Part shown: piece after piece, positions 63,640-64,000 of the stretch
Numbering within the stretch: position 1 is the first letter of the stretch
Layout: the number at the start of each line of letters is the position of its first letter
Assembly: GCA_041649635.1 (NCBI GenBank)
Contig: JBAZMV010000007.1
Location: 10,900 to 74,899, forward strand
Direction: 5' to 3'
Length of the DNA stretch: 64,000 nucleotides
From: Dehalococcoidia bacterium
GTDB taxonomy: Bacteria; Chloroflexota; Dehalococcoidia; E44-bin15
Position numbers and translations under genes: made by a program
Notes under the pieces: generated by a model
What the model saw: only the letters and a program-made list of their open reading frames with translations
What the model was told of the DNA's origin: nothing
Database searches by the model: none

Positions 63640-63891
63640 ATGCAGTTCAGTATAAATGTGCTCTATACGGCAGAACACTTATGTCAAGAAGTGAAGCCAA
63701 TGGCTGAGAGTCTTGAGCGAAACGAAGGATTGCGAATCTTGGCTCGAATTATCGCTAAGGCATACCTCGCTGACAACAAGCGTAGTGTCCGAGGGTCCAA
63801 AACACGTGAGGAAGGCAAGAAAGATGAAAGCATATCTCGAACCAACAGAAATAAGTCTACTGGAAAACGCCGCAGAAAACCTTCGCGATAG
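63640..63891 (+). CDS. small basic hypothetical ORF between or overlapping integrase genes
   Basis: 83-aa track ORF, more plausibly starting at MAESLERNEG. It has a very basic tail and overlaps the start of the third integrase in another frame. No recognisable family. Confidence 0.2.
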   Translation: MQFSINVLYTAEHLCQEVKPMAESLERNEGLRILARIIAKAYLADNKRSVRGSKTREEGKKDESISRTNRNKSTGKRRRKPSR

Positions 63892-64000
63892 ATTGCTGGT
63901 TCATATTCTGTTCCATCTAGGCTGCCGTATCTCGGAAGCCCTGGCGCTGACCGTGGATGATGTAGACCTCGAACATGGCCGAGTCACCATCAAGCATCTT
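63824..64000 (+). CDS. tyrosine recombinase, copy 3 (5' part only; truncated by window end)
   Basis: The ATG at 63824 gives MKAYLEPTEISLLENAAENLRDRLLVHILFHLGCRISEALALTVDDVDLEHGRVTIKHL. This has the conserved Arg-I context (G.RISE...L...D.D) of the integrase catalytic domain and no long N-terminal domain. Confidence 0.7.
   Translation, partial: MKAYLEPTEISLLENAAENLRDRLLVHILFHLGCRISEALALTVDDVDLEHGRVTIKHL

Larger units (their letters stand above)
60205..64000. mobile_element. tRNA-Gly-adjacent integrase array / probable integrated element (right boundary outside window)
   Basis: Three same-strand tyrosine recombinase genes plus an unknown cargo ORF begin 48 nt from tRNA-Gly. GC is visibly lower than in the core metabolic clusters. 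Confidence 0.5.

Noticed and set aside
60253-64000. Classifying the three integrases as a canonical recombinase-in-trio (RIT) element.
   Set aside because: RIT elements have three directly adjacent, usually overlapping, same-strand recombinase genes of three distinct subfamilies. Here, integrases 1 and 2 are paralogues of each other and are separated by a 1.1-kb opposite-strand gene plus 200 bp. The third is truncated by the window. I cannot support the RIT call.

Overview
This is a bacterial chromosomal window, moderately high GC by eye, using the standard genetic code (many genes end in TGA). Coding is dense on both strands.

Everything below comes from reading the sequence and the ORF translations. 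No searches or computations were run, so family names are motif-based and start codons are judgement calls based on RBS position.

Layout from left to right:
- 1-3.9 kb: an SDR, the molybdenum/tungsten cofactor genes mobA-moeA-mobB, and an acylphosphatase.
- 4.2-13.2 kb: tRNA-Asp followed by an acyl-CoA module. It holds an ADP-forming acyl-CoA synthetase (beta and alpha subunits), an HMG-CoA-synthase-like::DUF35 fusion, an SCP-x-type thiolase, an AtuA-like protein with its small DUF4387 partner, an enoyl-CoA hydratase and an acyl-CoA dehydrogenase.
- 13.5-24.6 kb: a NifU-like protein, a YgjP-type metallopeptidase, katG, a selenocysteine (in-frame UGA) peroxiredoxin, a DUF1295 membrane protein with an AT-rich 3' extension, a hydrolase, two aldolases, purL and a 45-aa zinc-ribbon protein.
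- 24.7-49.1 kb: the most unusual part, a divergently organised catabolic supercluster.
  - Minus arm: tungsten-type aldehyde:ferredoxin oxidoreductase, extended SDR, a Cys-rich Fe-S protein, a family III CoA-transferase, and a second HMGCS-like::DUF35 plus thiolase pair.
  - Plus arm: an SCP2 lipid-binding protein, four phytoene-desaturase/CtmAB-like flavoproteins, two thiolase-fold proteins that appear to lack the nucleophilic Cys, two DUF35 proteins, two adjacent family III CoA-transferases, a Zn-ADH and a family I CoA-transferase A/B pair.
  - I interpret this, as inference only, as a candidate oxygen-independent terpenoid/isoprenoid (methyl-branched lipid) oxidation pathway.
- 49.3-54.6 kb: a four-subunit 2-oxoacid:ferredoxin oxidoreductase, CcdA/TlpA, and a ThiF-MoaD-CoA-binding operon.
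- 54.8-60.0 kb: a lower-GC gene for a 1738-aa secreted subtilase. It carries a 7-blade repeat region, a cohesin-like domain, FN3, B-repeats and a dockerin pair.
- 60.1-64.0 kb: tRNA-Gly(CCC) and an array of three tyrosine recombinases around an unknown 358-aa protein. The array runs off the window.

Several families of REP-like palindromic intergenic elements, intrinsic terminators and sigma70-like promoters are also visible. No CRISPR array, rRNA or transposase was seen.
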